A stretch of 60,737 bases of DNA, taken from NCBI GenBank assembly GCA_045533115.1, contig JAZSHF010000072.1:1-60737 (forward strand), in the 5' to 3' direction. This stretch comes from Eubacteriales bacterium. GTDB lineage: Bacteria > Bacillota > Clostridia > Oscillospirales > CAG-272. The notes below the pieces were generated by a model. That model did not search any database. It saw only the letters and a list, made by a program, of their open reading frames with translations, and was not told the DNA's origin. Positions 34,520 through 43,373 of the stretch are shown piece after piece. The translations under genes and the position numbers were made by a program. Each line of letters starts with the position of its first letter. The stretch's first letter is position 1.

Positions 34520-35799
34520 TGAAAAAATTTGCGATCCTGACTCTCGGGTGTCGAGTTAATCACTACGAGAGTCAGGTGCTTTCCGAGGAGCTCTCTAAGC
34601 TCGGATATGAAAGCGCGCCGTTTAACGATAAATGCGACGTTTATATCGTAAATTCGTGTGCTGTCACCGAGGAATCGGTGCGAAAATCGAAGCAGATGGT
34701 GCGCCGCGCGGCGAAAAAGAATCCCAACGCGTTTATCGCGATCTGCGGATGCGCCTCACAGCTTCATCCAAACGAATTTGAGAAGATCAAGGAGATATCC
34801 TTCATCTACGGCACGCGAAACAAAGACGCGCTGATTTCGGCGTTAAAAGCCCGTATAAACGGCGAAAACGCGCCGCGAGTTATTGTTGACGAGCCGAATT
34901 CTCCCCTCACGCCGACCTCGATCACGCGCTTCGACAGAACGCGCGCTTACGTCAAGATACAGGACGGATGCGAGAATAAATGTGCATACTGCATCATTCC
35001 GAAGGTACGCGGAAACGTCGTTTTACGCGACGAAAACGAGATACTCTGCGAGATAAAGGCACTTGCCGACAACGGCTGTCACGAGGTCGTGCTTACGGGT
35101 ATCGAGACCTCTGCATACGGCGAGCGCTTGCCGATACTTATTGAAAAAATTGCAGAGATCGAAGGCATTCACCGCATACGTCTCGGCTCCCTTGAGCCGT
35201 CGTTTATGAAAAAGCATTTCGTTGATGCTATTGCGAAGATCGACAAGGTCTGTCCGCATTTTCACATTTCGGTGCAGAACGGCTCCGATAACGTCCTCCG
35301 CGCGATGAGACGCAGATATAACGTAAAGATGCTCGAGGATAACGTGGCGTATCTGCGTTCCGTCATTCCGAACTGTAACCTTTCCGCCGACGTTATTGTT
35401 GGCTTCCCGGGTGAAAGCGAGGAAGATTTCCTTTCGACCTGCGAATTCGTGAAGCGCAACGCGTTTCTGCACCTGCACATATTCACCTATTCCCCACGCC
35501 CCGATACCGAGGCGGCGGCAATGGATAACCAGCTTCCGGAAGCGGTCAAGACCGAGCGTCTGCACCGTCTTTCGGCTATTGCCGACGAGGAAAAGCGGAA
35601 GATACTTACCGCAATGATCGAAAGCGGAACGCCTATCAAAGTGCTTTGCGAAACGTACAGTAAAGGTCATATTTCAGGACACACCGACGGCTTCGTTGAA
35701 TGCCTTGTCAGATCCGACACCGTCCCCGAAAAAGGCGCGATTATATCGGTAATTCCCGATCACATTCAGGACGGAAAGTTAATATGCAAAAAACCGTGA
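34519..35799 (+). CDS. mtaB: tRNA methylthiotransferase, MtaB-like (MiaB family radical SAM)
   Basis: UPF0004-type N-terminus (TLGCRVNHYES), radical-SAM motif CENKCAYC, and a TRAM-like C-terminus. Its start overlaps the upstream stop. Confidence 0.85.
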   Translation: MKKFAILTLGCRVNHYESQVLSEELSKLGYESAPFNDKCDVYIVNSCAVTEESVRKSKQMVRRAAKKNPNAFIAICGCASQLHPNEFEKIKEISFIYGTRNKDALISALKARINGENAPRVIVDEPNSPLTPTSITRFDRTRAYVKIQDGCENKCAYCIIPKVRGNVVLRDENEILCEIKALADNGCHEVVLTGIETSAYGERLPILIEKIAEIEGIHRIRLGSLEPSFMKKHFVDAIAKIDKVCPHFHISVQNGSDNVLRAMRRRYNVKMLEDNVAYLRSVIPNCNLSADVIVGFPGESEEDFLSTCEFVKRNAFLHLHIFTYSPRPDTEAAAMDNQLPEAVKTERLHRLSAIADEEKRKILTAMIESGTPIKVLCETYSKGHISGHTDGFVECLVRSDTVPEKGAIISVIPDHIQDGKLICKKP

Positions 35800-35825
35800 G
35801 GATTTCCTCACGGTTTTATTTTAGT

Positions 35826-36410
35826 TCAATCTCTTTCGATTATATGAGTGAATGTCTTTTCGTCGTCGTTTTTCTCAATCACTAAATCTTCTACGGGCAC
35901 AATGTAGTCCCAAAGCATCTCATTATATTCATATATGGCTACGGTTTTTCCGTTAATAATATCAATATATTTCTGCTTTTCTTCTTCATCCTCAATCGTA
36001 TTGGCAAAGGCTTTGTTTATTTTTCTGATTTTATTTGCGTCCTTGCCTGTAATTTTAATAGTGACATACAATGGCAACCATGCCTTTTCTCCGTTTTGAT
36101 TTTCCAATCCGTCTAAGTTAAAAACAATAAACGTTTTTCCTGGCTCATCACCTTTTTGCTGCGCAAGCCCATATCTAGTGGTAGTTATTTTAATAACGTA
36201 GGATTCTTCATCCTCTACTTGAACTATTTGAACTTTTGCGATCGAATCTTCAAACGATATTTTCACGGGAACATCGTATACCATTCCGGAATAGACATCT
36301 CCGTTCAAGTTGTGCGGATTCCACTCGTTCTTTTTTGCTTTATCGCACGAGCAAAAAAATAGTGTGCTGACAAGTATCATCGCCAATGTAAAAGTCAAAA
36401 TTCGTTTCAT
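35826..36410 (-). CDS. Hypothetical lipoprotein
   Basis: The ATG at 36410 follows GGAGG. The signal peptide has a lipobox-like LFFCSC. Confidence 0.55.
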   Translation of the reverse strand: MKRILTFTLAMILVSTLFFCSCDKAKKNEWNPHNLNGDVYSGMVYDVPVKISFEDSIAKVQIVQVEDEESYVIKITTTRYGLAQQKGDEPGKTFIVFNLDGLENQNGEKAWLPLYVTIKITGKDANKIRKINKAFANTIEDEEEKQKYIDIINGKTVAIYEYNEMLWDYIVPVEDLVIEKNDDEKTFTHIIERD

Positions 36411-36430
36411 TTTTTCCTCCAAAAATTAAT

Positions 36431-36458
36431 CAAAAAATGCGCAGCCGAGGCTGCGCAT
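36431..36458 (-). terminator. Intrinsic terminator immediately upstream of the lipoprotein gene RBS
   Basis: The minus strand reads atgcgcagc-ctcg-gctgcgcat followed by tttttt. Confidence 0.7.
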
Positions 36459-36638
36459 CAAAAACACAGCCCCATTTGCTGCGACACAAACTTTCACTCC
36501 CTTAATAGGTATGCGAAACCGGGCATGTATTTTTACAATAATAAAAATACACACCTATAAAGAGAGTTATTCAGTTTGTGTCGCATTCTCATTTTATCAC
36601 GGTAAAGAGCTTTTGTCAATAGCGGGATTTGCGTTTTA

Positions 36639-36975
36639 CCTTCTCCTGAGGGAGACGGGGGACCGCGGTAGGTTTCGCGTAGCGAAAACTACTGAGTGGC
36701 TGGATGAGGAGTACGTTCCCAATATAGACACCTCAGGAACAACCAAAGCTCATTTCATTCGCTTTGAGACACCTCATCCGCCCCTTCGGGGCACCTTCTC
36801 CCGCTGGAGAAGGTATAACGGTTGCTTCGCATCCTACACCTCATCCGCCAAGTGCCCGAGATCCTTCGACTACGCGATGAGGGGTTCCCCGAAGCGAATG
36901 AAATGAGCTTTGGGGGTTCGCGATAAGGATGACAACGGGCACTTGCCACCTTCCCCTGAGGGGAAGGCAAGACAG
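36639..36975. repeat. Mosaic GC-rich hairpin repeat patch (same family as 1-500)
   Basis: 36769-36820 is identical to 206-257. The module ggggttccccgaagcgaatgaaatgagctttgggggttcgcg is present. A 22-nt internal inverted copy links 36743-36764 to 36892-36913. Track ORFs 36511-36906 and 36755-36970 are translations of these repeats. Confidence 0.8.
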
Positions 36976-36999
36976 CGTGGCGCTTTTTCTCTCACGCGC

Positions 37000-37029
37000 A
37001 AAAAAGACCGTTGATCTCTCAACGGTCTT
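37000..37029 (-). terminator. mnmA terminator
   Basis: The minus strand reads aagaccgttga-gaga-tcaacggtctt followed by tttttt. Confidence 0.85.
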
Positions 37030-37032
37030 AAT

Positions 37033-38049
37033 TTATTTAATTATTCCGCTAAACAACAGATCATCGCCGTCGTAAAAAACTGCGCTTTGACCGGGGGTGA
37101 CGGCACGCGTCATATTTTCAAATTCTACAAGTGCGTTATCGCCTTTGAAGGTTACCTTACAGGGTGACGGCTTTGCCGAATAACGGACGCGGCAGAATGC
37201 GTTAAGCGTTCCGTTTATCATCGGCGCAAGCTTCATAAAATTAAGCTCGCCGACTTCCGTCTTGCCCGAAAACTCCTCACCCGCAGGCACGAGAGTTACG
37301 GTATTGTTCTCGGGGTCAACCTTTGAAACAAACATCGGTCTGCCAAACGCGCCAAGCCCCTTTCTCTGCCCTACCGTATAGCGGATTATTCCGTTATGCT
37401 TGCCGATTACCTTTCCGTCTGCATCAATAAAGTCTCCCGTCGGAAAGGTCTCGCCCGTCGCTTTTTCTATATAAGAAACGTAATCACCGTCGGGTATAAA
37501 GCAGATGTCCTGGCTGTCCTTCGCGTCAGCCGCGCTGAAGCCGAGTTTTGCCGCTTCCTCGCGTATATCGTCCTTTTTCATACCCGAAAGAGGCAAATAC
37601 AACATCGAAAGCTGCTCCTGCGTAAGACGCGAGAGCGCGTAGCTCTGATCCTTTCCGCCTACAGTATCCGCCTTGATGAAATATCTGCCGTTTTCGTTTC
37701 CGATAACGGCATAATGTCCCGTTGCGATCTTATCAAAGCCGTTTTCACGCGCGTAAGTCAAAAGCGCGTCAAACTTGACCGTCGGGTTACAAACGATACA
37801 CGGATTCGGCGTTCTGCCGTTCTTATAGTCGTTTATAAACCGCTCGATGACGTTCTTACGAAACTGCTCTCGGTAATCAACGGTCACAAACGGAATACCA
37901 ACCTGCTTTGCCGCCGTTTCCGCCGCCGAAATATCGGTATATTCGTGCATTATCGCCGCCGCGCCGACAACGTCGTGGCCCTGTTTTTTCAGAAGATAAG
38001 CGGCGTACGTGCTGTCAAGACCGCCGCTGAGTCCTATCAGTATCCTCAT
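37033..38049 (-). CDS. mnmA: tRNA 2-thiouridine(34) synthase MnmA
   Basis: 338 aa with PP-loop SGGLDS, and CIVCNP and DQSYAL motifs. Confidence 0.9.
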   Translation of the reverse strand: MRILIGLSGGLDSTYAAYLLKKQGHDVVGAAAIMHEYTDISAAETAAKQVGIPFVTVDYREQFRKNVIERFINDYKNGRTPNPCIVCNPTVKFDALLTYARENGFDKIATGHYAVIGNENGRYFIKADTVGGKDQSYALSRLTQEQLSMLYLPLSGMKKDDIREEAAKLGFSAADAKDSQDICFIPDGDYVSYIEKATGETFPTGDFIDADGKVIGKHNGIIRYTVGQRKGLGAFGRPMFVSKVDPENNTVTLVPAGEEFSGKTEVGELNFMKLAPMINGTLNAFCRVRYSAKPSPCKVTFKGDNALVEFENMTRAVTPGQSAVFYDGDDLLFSGIIK

Positions 38050-39209
38050 TGCGGAAGCACGCTTTCAAGAATGACGTAGGTTATATTTACCGTCGACTTT
38101 TTACCGTCAATCGGCGTCAGTATGATAACACATTCTCTTCCGCTTTCGTATTCGAAGCTCTTTTGAATAGTCGTTCTTCCCTTTACGGTCTCGCTATATA
38201 TTGTAGCACCGTCACAGATGACGGTCACCTCAACGGATTTTGTCGCGTTTATCTCAATGAAAAGCTCAAAATCTCCCATTCCGTCAATTTTTAGCGGGAT
38301 TTCCTCGGTTTGTTCACTTACTATCGCCTTTTCGGTGTCATAAGAAACGAAGCGGAACGAGAAAAGCGTAAAGGTCACAAATCCCGTAAAGCAAATTCCG
38401 ACCGCAACCATAAGCGCAACGAAGCTCTTGAAAACGAACACCCGCTTGCCTGCGAACATTCTGTATCCGAATACGATGGGGAAAACGCCGAGACCGATAT
38501 AAAGAATACTCATTCCAATGCTCTGCGGAAGCGTAAACGAGAGAAGATCTACCGCCTCACTCGCGCCCTGCTTCGCATTCACAAAGGAGAGCGCAACGGC
38601 AAGAGCGTTATTTCCGAAGTGAAGCAGCATCGGTATAATGAGCGATTTCGTCCTTAGTGCGATAAAGCATAAGAGTGCGCCCGAAAGCGCAGTCGGGACA
38701 AAGGTATAAAGGTCAAGATGCATCGCGCCGAAGACCGAGCCGACGAGCGCGATTAAAACCCACTCCTTTTTGATCCCCGAGAAGCACTTAACAAGGAAGC
38801 CTCGGCAGAAAAATTCCTCGCAAACGGCAGGAATGACCGCTACCAAGAATATCGCAAGTGCGGGATGCATTCCGAGAATAAGCGAATCAATTACGTCGTT
38901 ACGCGCGTTAGCGTCAAATATCCTTCCCGTCAAGACGGAAATTCCCGAGCTTACCATAGTCACGCCGATATACATACAAAGCGCGCCAAAAAACTTCTTT
39001 ATCGGCGGAGGCGTAATCGGAAACACCTCGCTCAGCTTCGTTTTCGTGCCAAGCGTGAAAATAAGAGCTATAATAGCAATAAGCACTCCTCCAAGGAACG
39101 CGCCGTTATTTCCGAAGATCGGTATCAAAATAAAGCCTCCGAAAAGAAGCGAGAGTATCGCAAGCACTATCGCGATTATACCGTGAATAGAATTTAGTCC
39201 TTTTTTCAT
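38046..39209 (-). CDS. CPBP-family intramembrane glutamic endopeptidase with a C-terminal extracytoplasmic extension
   Basis: EEFFCRGF, FGAMH and HFGNN motifs in a polytopic N-terminal half. The ATG at 39209 follows GAGG. Confidence 0.8.
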   Translation of the reverse strand: MKKGLNSIHGIIAIVLAILSLLFGGFILIPIFGNNGAFLGGVLIAIIALIFTLGTKTKLSEVFPITPPPIKKFFGALCMYIGVTMVSSGISVLTGRIFDANARNDVIDSLILGMHPALAIFLVAVIPAVCEEFFCRGFLVKCFSGIKKEWVLIALVGSVFGAMHLDLYTFVPTALSGALLCFIALRTKSLIIPMLLHFGNNALAVALSFVNAKQGASEAVDLLSFTLPQSIGMSILYIGLGVFPIVFGYRMFAGKRVFVFKSFVALMVAVGICFTGFVTFTLFSFRFVSYDTEKAIVSEQTEEIPLKIDGMGDFELFIEINATKSVEVTVICDGATIYSETVKGRTTIQKSFEYESGRECVIILTPIDGKKSTVNITYVILESVLPQ

Positions 39210-39216
39210 AATGACC

Positions 39217-39268
39217 TCAAAAAGCAAAACGACAAATGAATCGAAGCGTCGCCTGACTCATTTGTCGT
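39217..39268 (-). terminator. Terminator after rplA
   Basis: The minus strand reads acgacaaatga-18 nt-tcatttgtcgt followed by tttgcttttt. Confidence 0.7.
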
Positions 39269-39285
39269 TCGTTTCTTATGATTTA

Positions 39286-39972
39286 TCAGCCGAGCTTAGC
39301 GGAATTAACCTTTACGCCGGGGCCCATAGTAGAAGCTACGACGCAGCTCTTGATGTACTGACCCTTAGCAGCAGCGGGCTTAGCCTTGATGATCGCACCC
39401 ATAAGAGCGTCAAAGTTCTCAGAAAGCTTTTCCTTACCGAAGGAAGCCTTGCCGATCGGGCAGTGGATGATGTTGTTTCTGTCAAGACGGTATTCGATCT
39501 TACCTGCCTTAGCCTCGGTAACAGCACGTGCAACGTCGGGGGTTACAGTACCTGCCTTGGGGTTAGGCATAAGACCCTTCGGTCCGAGAACTCGACCGAG
39601 ACGGCCGATAACACCCATCATATCGGGAGTTGCGATAACAACGTCGAACTCGAACCAGTTTTCCTTCATGATCTTCTCAACGTAGTCAGCTTCGCCAACG
39701 TAGTCAGCGCCTGCTGCCTTTGCTGCCTCTGCCTTTTCGCCCTTAGCGAAAACCATGGTTCTTACGGTCTTACCGGTACCGTTAGGAAGAACTACGGCAC
39801 CTCTTACCTGCTGGTCAGCGTGACGGGAGTCAACGCCGAGACGAACGTGAAGCTCAACGGTCTCGTCGAACTTTGCCTTTGCGGTCTGGCATACGAGGTC
39901 AAGAGCCTCTTCGGAATCATAAAGCTTTGCCTTGTCGACAAGCTTAGCACTATCAATATATTTCTTTCCCAT
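39286..39972 (-). CDS. rplA: 50S ribosomal protein L1
   Basis: 228 aa. Typical L1 sequence ([23 protein letters not shown]-like, [20 protein letters not shown]). Confidence 0.97.
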   Translation of the reverse strand: MGKKYIDSAKLVDKAKLYDSEEALDLVCQTAKAKFDETVELHVRLGVDSRHADQQVRGAVVLPNGTGKTVRTMVFAKGEKAEAAKAAGADYVGEADYVEKIMKENWFEFDVVIATPDMMGVIGRLGRVLGPKGLMPNPKAGTVTPDVARAVTEAKAGKIEYRLDRNNIIHCPIGKASFGKEKLSENFDALMGAIIKAKPAAAKGQYIKSCVVASTMGPGVKVNSAKLG

Positions 39973-39991
39973 TTCTATCTACCTCCGAAAA

Positions 39992-40417
39992 TCAGTCAAC
40001 AACAGTAATACCCATGCTGCGTGCGGTACCTGCGATCATACTCATCGCAGTCTCAAGCGAGCCGGCATTAAGGTCGGGCATTTTGGTTTCGGCGATCTTC
40101 TTAACCTGTTCCTTGGTGATAGAAGCAACCTTGGTCTTGTTGGGAGCTGCAGATGCAGTCTCGATTCCCGCTGCCTTCTTGATAAGAACGGGAGCAGGGG
40201 GAGTCTTAGTGATGAACGAGAAGGAACGGTCAGCGTAGATAGTGATAACTACGGGGATGATAAGTCCGATATCGTTCTTGGTTCTTTCGTTGAACTCCTT
40301 AACGAAGTTCGCACCGTTTACACCGTAAGGTCCGAGCGCAGGTCCTACAGGGGGCTGCATGGTGGCCTTACCGGCATTCAACTGAAGTTTTACATAACCG
40401 ACAACTTTCTTTGCCAT
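39992..40417 (-). CDS. rplK: 50S ribosomal protein L11
   Basis: 141 aa, starting [29 protein letters not shown]. Confidence 0.97.
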   Translation of the reverse strand: MAKKVVGYVKLQLNAGKATMQPPVGPALGPYGVNGANFVKEFNERTKNDIGLIIPVVITIYADRSFSFITKTPPAPVLIKKAAGIETASAAPNKTKVASITKEQVKKIAETKMPDLNAGSLETAMSMIAGTARSMGITVVD

Positions 40418-40504
40418 TTTCTTATACCTCCAAATGTGGTTTGTTGCGGGGGCTGTAAAGATTTACCCCCTCCCACGCCGCGTTAACGCGGCTTGTGAAA
40501 ATAA

Positions 40505-41065
40505 TTATTTGTAGAGCTTTTCGGCGCTATCGGAATCAAGCTCGATAGGAGTTTCTCTACCGAACATAGAAACAAGCACCTTGATCTTCTTTTTGTCCTC
40601 GGAAATTTCCTCGACGGTTCCGACGAAGCCCTTAAGAGGACCTGCGGTAACCGTAACGCTGTCACCGATCTCGTATTCGAGAGTGATCTGCTTGGTCTCG
40701 ACTCCGATAGCCGCAACCTCTTCATCGGTGAGCGGTACCGGCTTTGATCCGGGGCCTACAAAACCCGTCACTCCGCGGATATTGCGGACAACGTGCCAGG
40801 TAGCATCGCTCATCTTCATCTTGACGAGCACGTAGCCTGGAAAAATCTTTGATTCGGTTTCCTTGAGGACGGGATTGCCGTTTTCATCCTTGCCGTTTTC
40901 TTCCGTGACAGTCTCAACGGGTATACGAATATCCGTTATAACGTCCTGAAGATTACGGTTTTCGATGATCTTTTCGAGGTTTGCTTTAACCTTGTTCTCG
41001 TAACCGGAATAGGTATGAGCTACATACCATCTCAGCTCAGAGCTTATCTCGTCGAAGTCACTCAT
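40505..41065 (-). CDS. nusG: Transcription termination/antitermination factor NusG
   Basis: WYVAHTYSGYENKV and a KOW motif (GDSVTVTAGPLKGFVGTVEEI). The ATG at 41065 follows GGAGGG. Confidence 0.95.
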   Translation of the reverse strand: MSDFDEISSELRWYVAHTYSGYENKVKANLEKIIENRNLQDVITDIRIPVETVTEENGKDENGNPVLKETESKIFPGYVLVKMKMSDATWHVVRNIRGVTGFVGPGSKPVPLTDEEVAAIGVETKQITLEYEIGDSVTVTAGPLKGFVGTVEEISEDKKKIKVLVSMFGRETPIELDSDSAEKLYK

Positions 41066-41079
41066 TAAAGTCCCTCCGA

Positions 41080-41358
41080 TCAGACGAGCTGTCCGATCCA
41101 CATAAGGAGCTTGGACAGACCAAGGTCAATAAGGCCGATGGCAACGCTTGCGATAAGAAGCACGACGATAACTACTCCCGTGCTCTTTGCAGTCTGTGCC
41201 TTGCCGTACCACGAGATCTTCTTCATCTCGCTTTTGTTGTTCTTGAAAAAGTTTTTGATCTTGCTTCCAAGTCCGGGCTTGCGGTCTTTAGAAGTCTTTT
41301 TCTTGTCTTCTTTCACCTTTGCCGCAGCGGCTCCGGTGTTCTTCTCAACTTCTGACAT
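41080..41358 (-). CDS. secE: Preprotein translocase subunit SecE
   Basis: 92 aa with a basic N-terminus, then KISWYGKAQT and a single TM helix. Its position between rpmG and nusG is canonical. Confidence 0.85.
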   Translation of the reverse strand: MSEVEKNTGAAAAKVKEDKKKTSKDRKPGLGSKIKNFFKNNKSEMKKISWYGKAQTAKSTGVVIVVLLIASVAIGLIDLGLSKLLMWIGQLV

Positions 41359-41372
41359 TAACCGATTCTCCC

Positions 41373-41522
41373 TTACTTAGATTCCTTGTGAACGGTGTGT
41401 TTCTTGCAGAACGGGCAATACTTGCTCATCTCAAGACGGTCAGGGTCGTTCTTCTTATTTTTCATCGTGTTGTAGTTGCGCTGCTTGCATTCGCTGCAAA
41501 CCATAGTGATTCTGACTCTCAT
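41373..41522 (-). CDS. rpmG: 50S ribosomal protein L33
   Basis: [49 protein letters not shown]. The ATG at 41522 follows GGAGG. Confidence 0.95.
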   Translation of the reverse strand: MRVRITMVCSECKQRNYNTMKNKKNDPDRLEMSKYCPFCKKHTVHKESK

Positions 41523-41641
41523 AATTTTCCTCCCGATAGTATTGACAAGGGCATTTTCGCCAAGCCGCGGCACCCTCGCCTGATTTTATCTCCCTCAAGA
41601 AGAAGGCAACAAGAAAAAGCCCTCTCCGCAGAGGTAACATC

Positions 41642-41670
41642 ATTCTATCACAATTAATTCTCTTTGTCAA
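41642..41670 (-). promoter_or_regulatory. Sigma-A-type promoter of the rpmG-secE-nusG-rplK-rplA cluster
   Basis: The minus strand reads TTGACA-17 nt-TAGAAT, with a ~110-nt leader. Confidence 0.65.
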
Positions 41671-41783
41671 CACTTTTTTATAATTTATTCCATTATTTTT
41701 CGCTGAGAGAATAAAAAAGTCCGCGCGGGGCAAACTTTTCAAAAAAGACTGCTCTAAAGGGGGCGACGGGCATTTTTACTATA

Positions 41784-42398
41784 GTGATGCGAACCGTAAT
41801 AATATATGTTTTCTTACTGCTTTCAATGCGTCTGAGCGGGAAAAGGCAGGTGGGAGAATTACAGCTTTCGGAGCTGATAACCGCATTTCTCATATCCGAG
41901 GTCGCATCGACGCCGCTCACCGACCCCGATATACCCATAATTTACGCACTAATTCCCATAACGATGCTTCTATGCCTCGAGATCGCGGTTTCGTATATCA
42001 CCACAAAATCGGTTACGGTGAAAAGGTTGTTTGAACCGCCTCCGACCGTCCTTATCGGCAAGGGCAAGCTTAATATTGCAGAGCTTAAAAAGCAGCGGCT
42101 CACCGCTGATGAGCTGATAAGCTCGCTTCGTCTGAATAACGTTGCAGATATAAATACGGTCGAATATTGCTTCCTCGAGCATAACGGTCAGGTATCGTCA
42201 TTTTCAAAGGACGATGCCCTCGCGTTACCCGTCGTAGTCGACGGCAAGATTCACAACGGACATCTTAAGCTCTTGGGGCGCGACGAGAATTGGATAAAGG
42301 CAAGGCTGCGTGAGCAAAAGACCGATATGGACGAGGTATTTATCGGAACGAGCGACGGAAACGTCCTGACTATATTTGCAAAGGAGAAAAAGAAATGA
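41784..42398 (+). CDS. DUF421 (YetF-like) membrane protein
   Basis: 204 aa. It has an N-terminal membrane domain (LLLSMRLSGKRQVGELQLSELI) and a soluble C-terminal domain, followed by its usual DUF4363 partner. The start is either GTG 41784 or ATG 41787. Confidence 0.75.
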   Translation: MMRTVIIYVFLLLSMRLSGKRQVGELQLSELITAFLISEVASTPLTDPDIPIIYALIPITMLLCLEIAVSYITTKSVTVKRLFEPPPTVLIGKGKLNIAELKKQRLTADELISSLRLNNVADINTVEYCFLEHNGQVSSFSKDDALALPVVVDGKIHNGHLKLLGRDENWIKARLREQKTDMDEVFIGTSDGNVLTIFAKEKKK

Positions 42399-42769
42399 AG
42401 GCGTTTATATGTGCTCTGTCGGTTATTCTCGCAATAACCGCGCTTGCCGTTACAAGCGGTCTTTACGTCAAAAGCGTTACCGACCGACTTATCGCCCTTG
42501 AAAAGAGGTTCCCCGAAAAAGGGGACGGAGAAAGCCCTCCGTCATCGGCAATAACCGAAAGCGAAGAGCTTTTGGAATCTTCTTATAAAATTTTGACGTC
42601 AATAAGCCACACGAAGCTGTCAAACAACGTAAAAACGTCACTCAGCTACCTCGTTTCCTGCTACCGCTACGGGACCTACGCCGATTATATGGCGGCAAGA
42701 GCGAGCTATCTTGAGGCGCTCCATTCACTTCGAAAAACAGAACTTCCGTCATTCAAGGGGATCATCTGA
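42395..42769 (+). CDS. DUF4363-like small membrane-anchored protein
   Basis: 124 aa with an N-terminal TM helix. It overlaps the DUF421 gene by 4 nt. Confidence 0.6.
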   Translation: MKAFICALSVILAITALAVTSGLYVKSVTDRLIALEKRFPEKGDGESPPSSAITESEELLESSYKILTSISHTKLSNNVKTSLSYLVSCYRYGTYADYMAARASYLEALHSLRKTELPSFKGII

Positions 42770-43373
42770 ACTCGGTCACACCGTCGGGCAGAAGCACTCT
42801 TTTGCGAAGTATCGTGCAATCGGTAATATCAAGCACCTTCGCGATATAATCGGGATTAAGATACTGATCGGGGGACGCGCTCAGCACACAGGTGAGCTTG
42901 TTCCCCTCCTTTTTATAGGAGTGTATCATCGGCTTGATATCGGTCATTTTCTCGCCGCTTTTCGTTCTTTTCATAAGTACGATCTCATTCTGCTCAAGCG
43001 CCTCAACCGAGAAATCCTCGTCGTTTTCAAGCTCGTATTCGGCATAGCGTATAGACACGAACTTGCTTTCGGGCTTATACGCATCGAGCACTTTCATTTC
43101 GGGCGGAAACGCGTTATTAAGGCGCTCTATAAGCTCCGATTTCGGCATTGGTCTTGTTATCTTGAAATCAAGAAGCTCGGTAACGCTTTCGGCACCTATC
43201 GAAAGAGGAAGCGCAAAAACCATCTTCGGATGGGGATTGAATCCCTCGGAATACTTTATCGGTATTCCGGCTCTTATCATAACGGTTTTCATCGTTCGGT
43301 TGAGATCAAGGTGGGAAATGAACTGCAGACTCCCTACCTTTGAAAACTTAATTCTTACAGCATCGGACAGCAA
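42762..43373 (-). CDS. TIGR03936-family radical-SAM-associated protein (DUF2344)
   Basis: 203 aa beginning ...RIKFSKVGSLQFISHLDLNRTM. It is translationally coupled downstream of the TIGR03960-type radical SAM gene. Confidence 0.8.
   Translation of the reverse strand: MLSDAVRIKFSKVGSLQFISHLDLNRTMKTVMIRAGIPIKYSEGFNPHPKMVFALPLSIGAESVTELLDFKITRPMPKSELIERLNNAFPPEMKVLDAYKPESKFVSIRYAEYELENDEDFSVEALEQNEIVLMKRTKSGEKMTDIKPMIHSYKKEGNKLTCVLSASPDQYLNPDYIAKVLDITDCTILRKRVLLPDGVTEFR

Noticed and set aside
40418-40504. A structured nusG-rplK intergenic region (aagccgcg-ttaa-cgcggctt, G-rich tract), considered as an L1/L11 ribosomal-protein leader.
   Set aside because: This is plausible by position. However, I cannot match it confidently to the L1-binding consensus by eye, so I do not call it. 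An Rfam scan would settle it.
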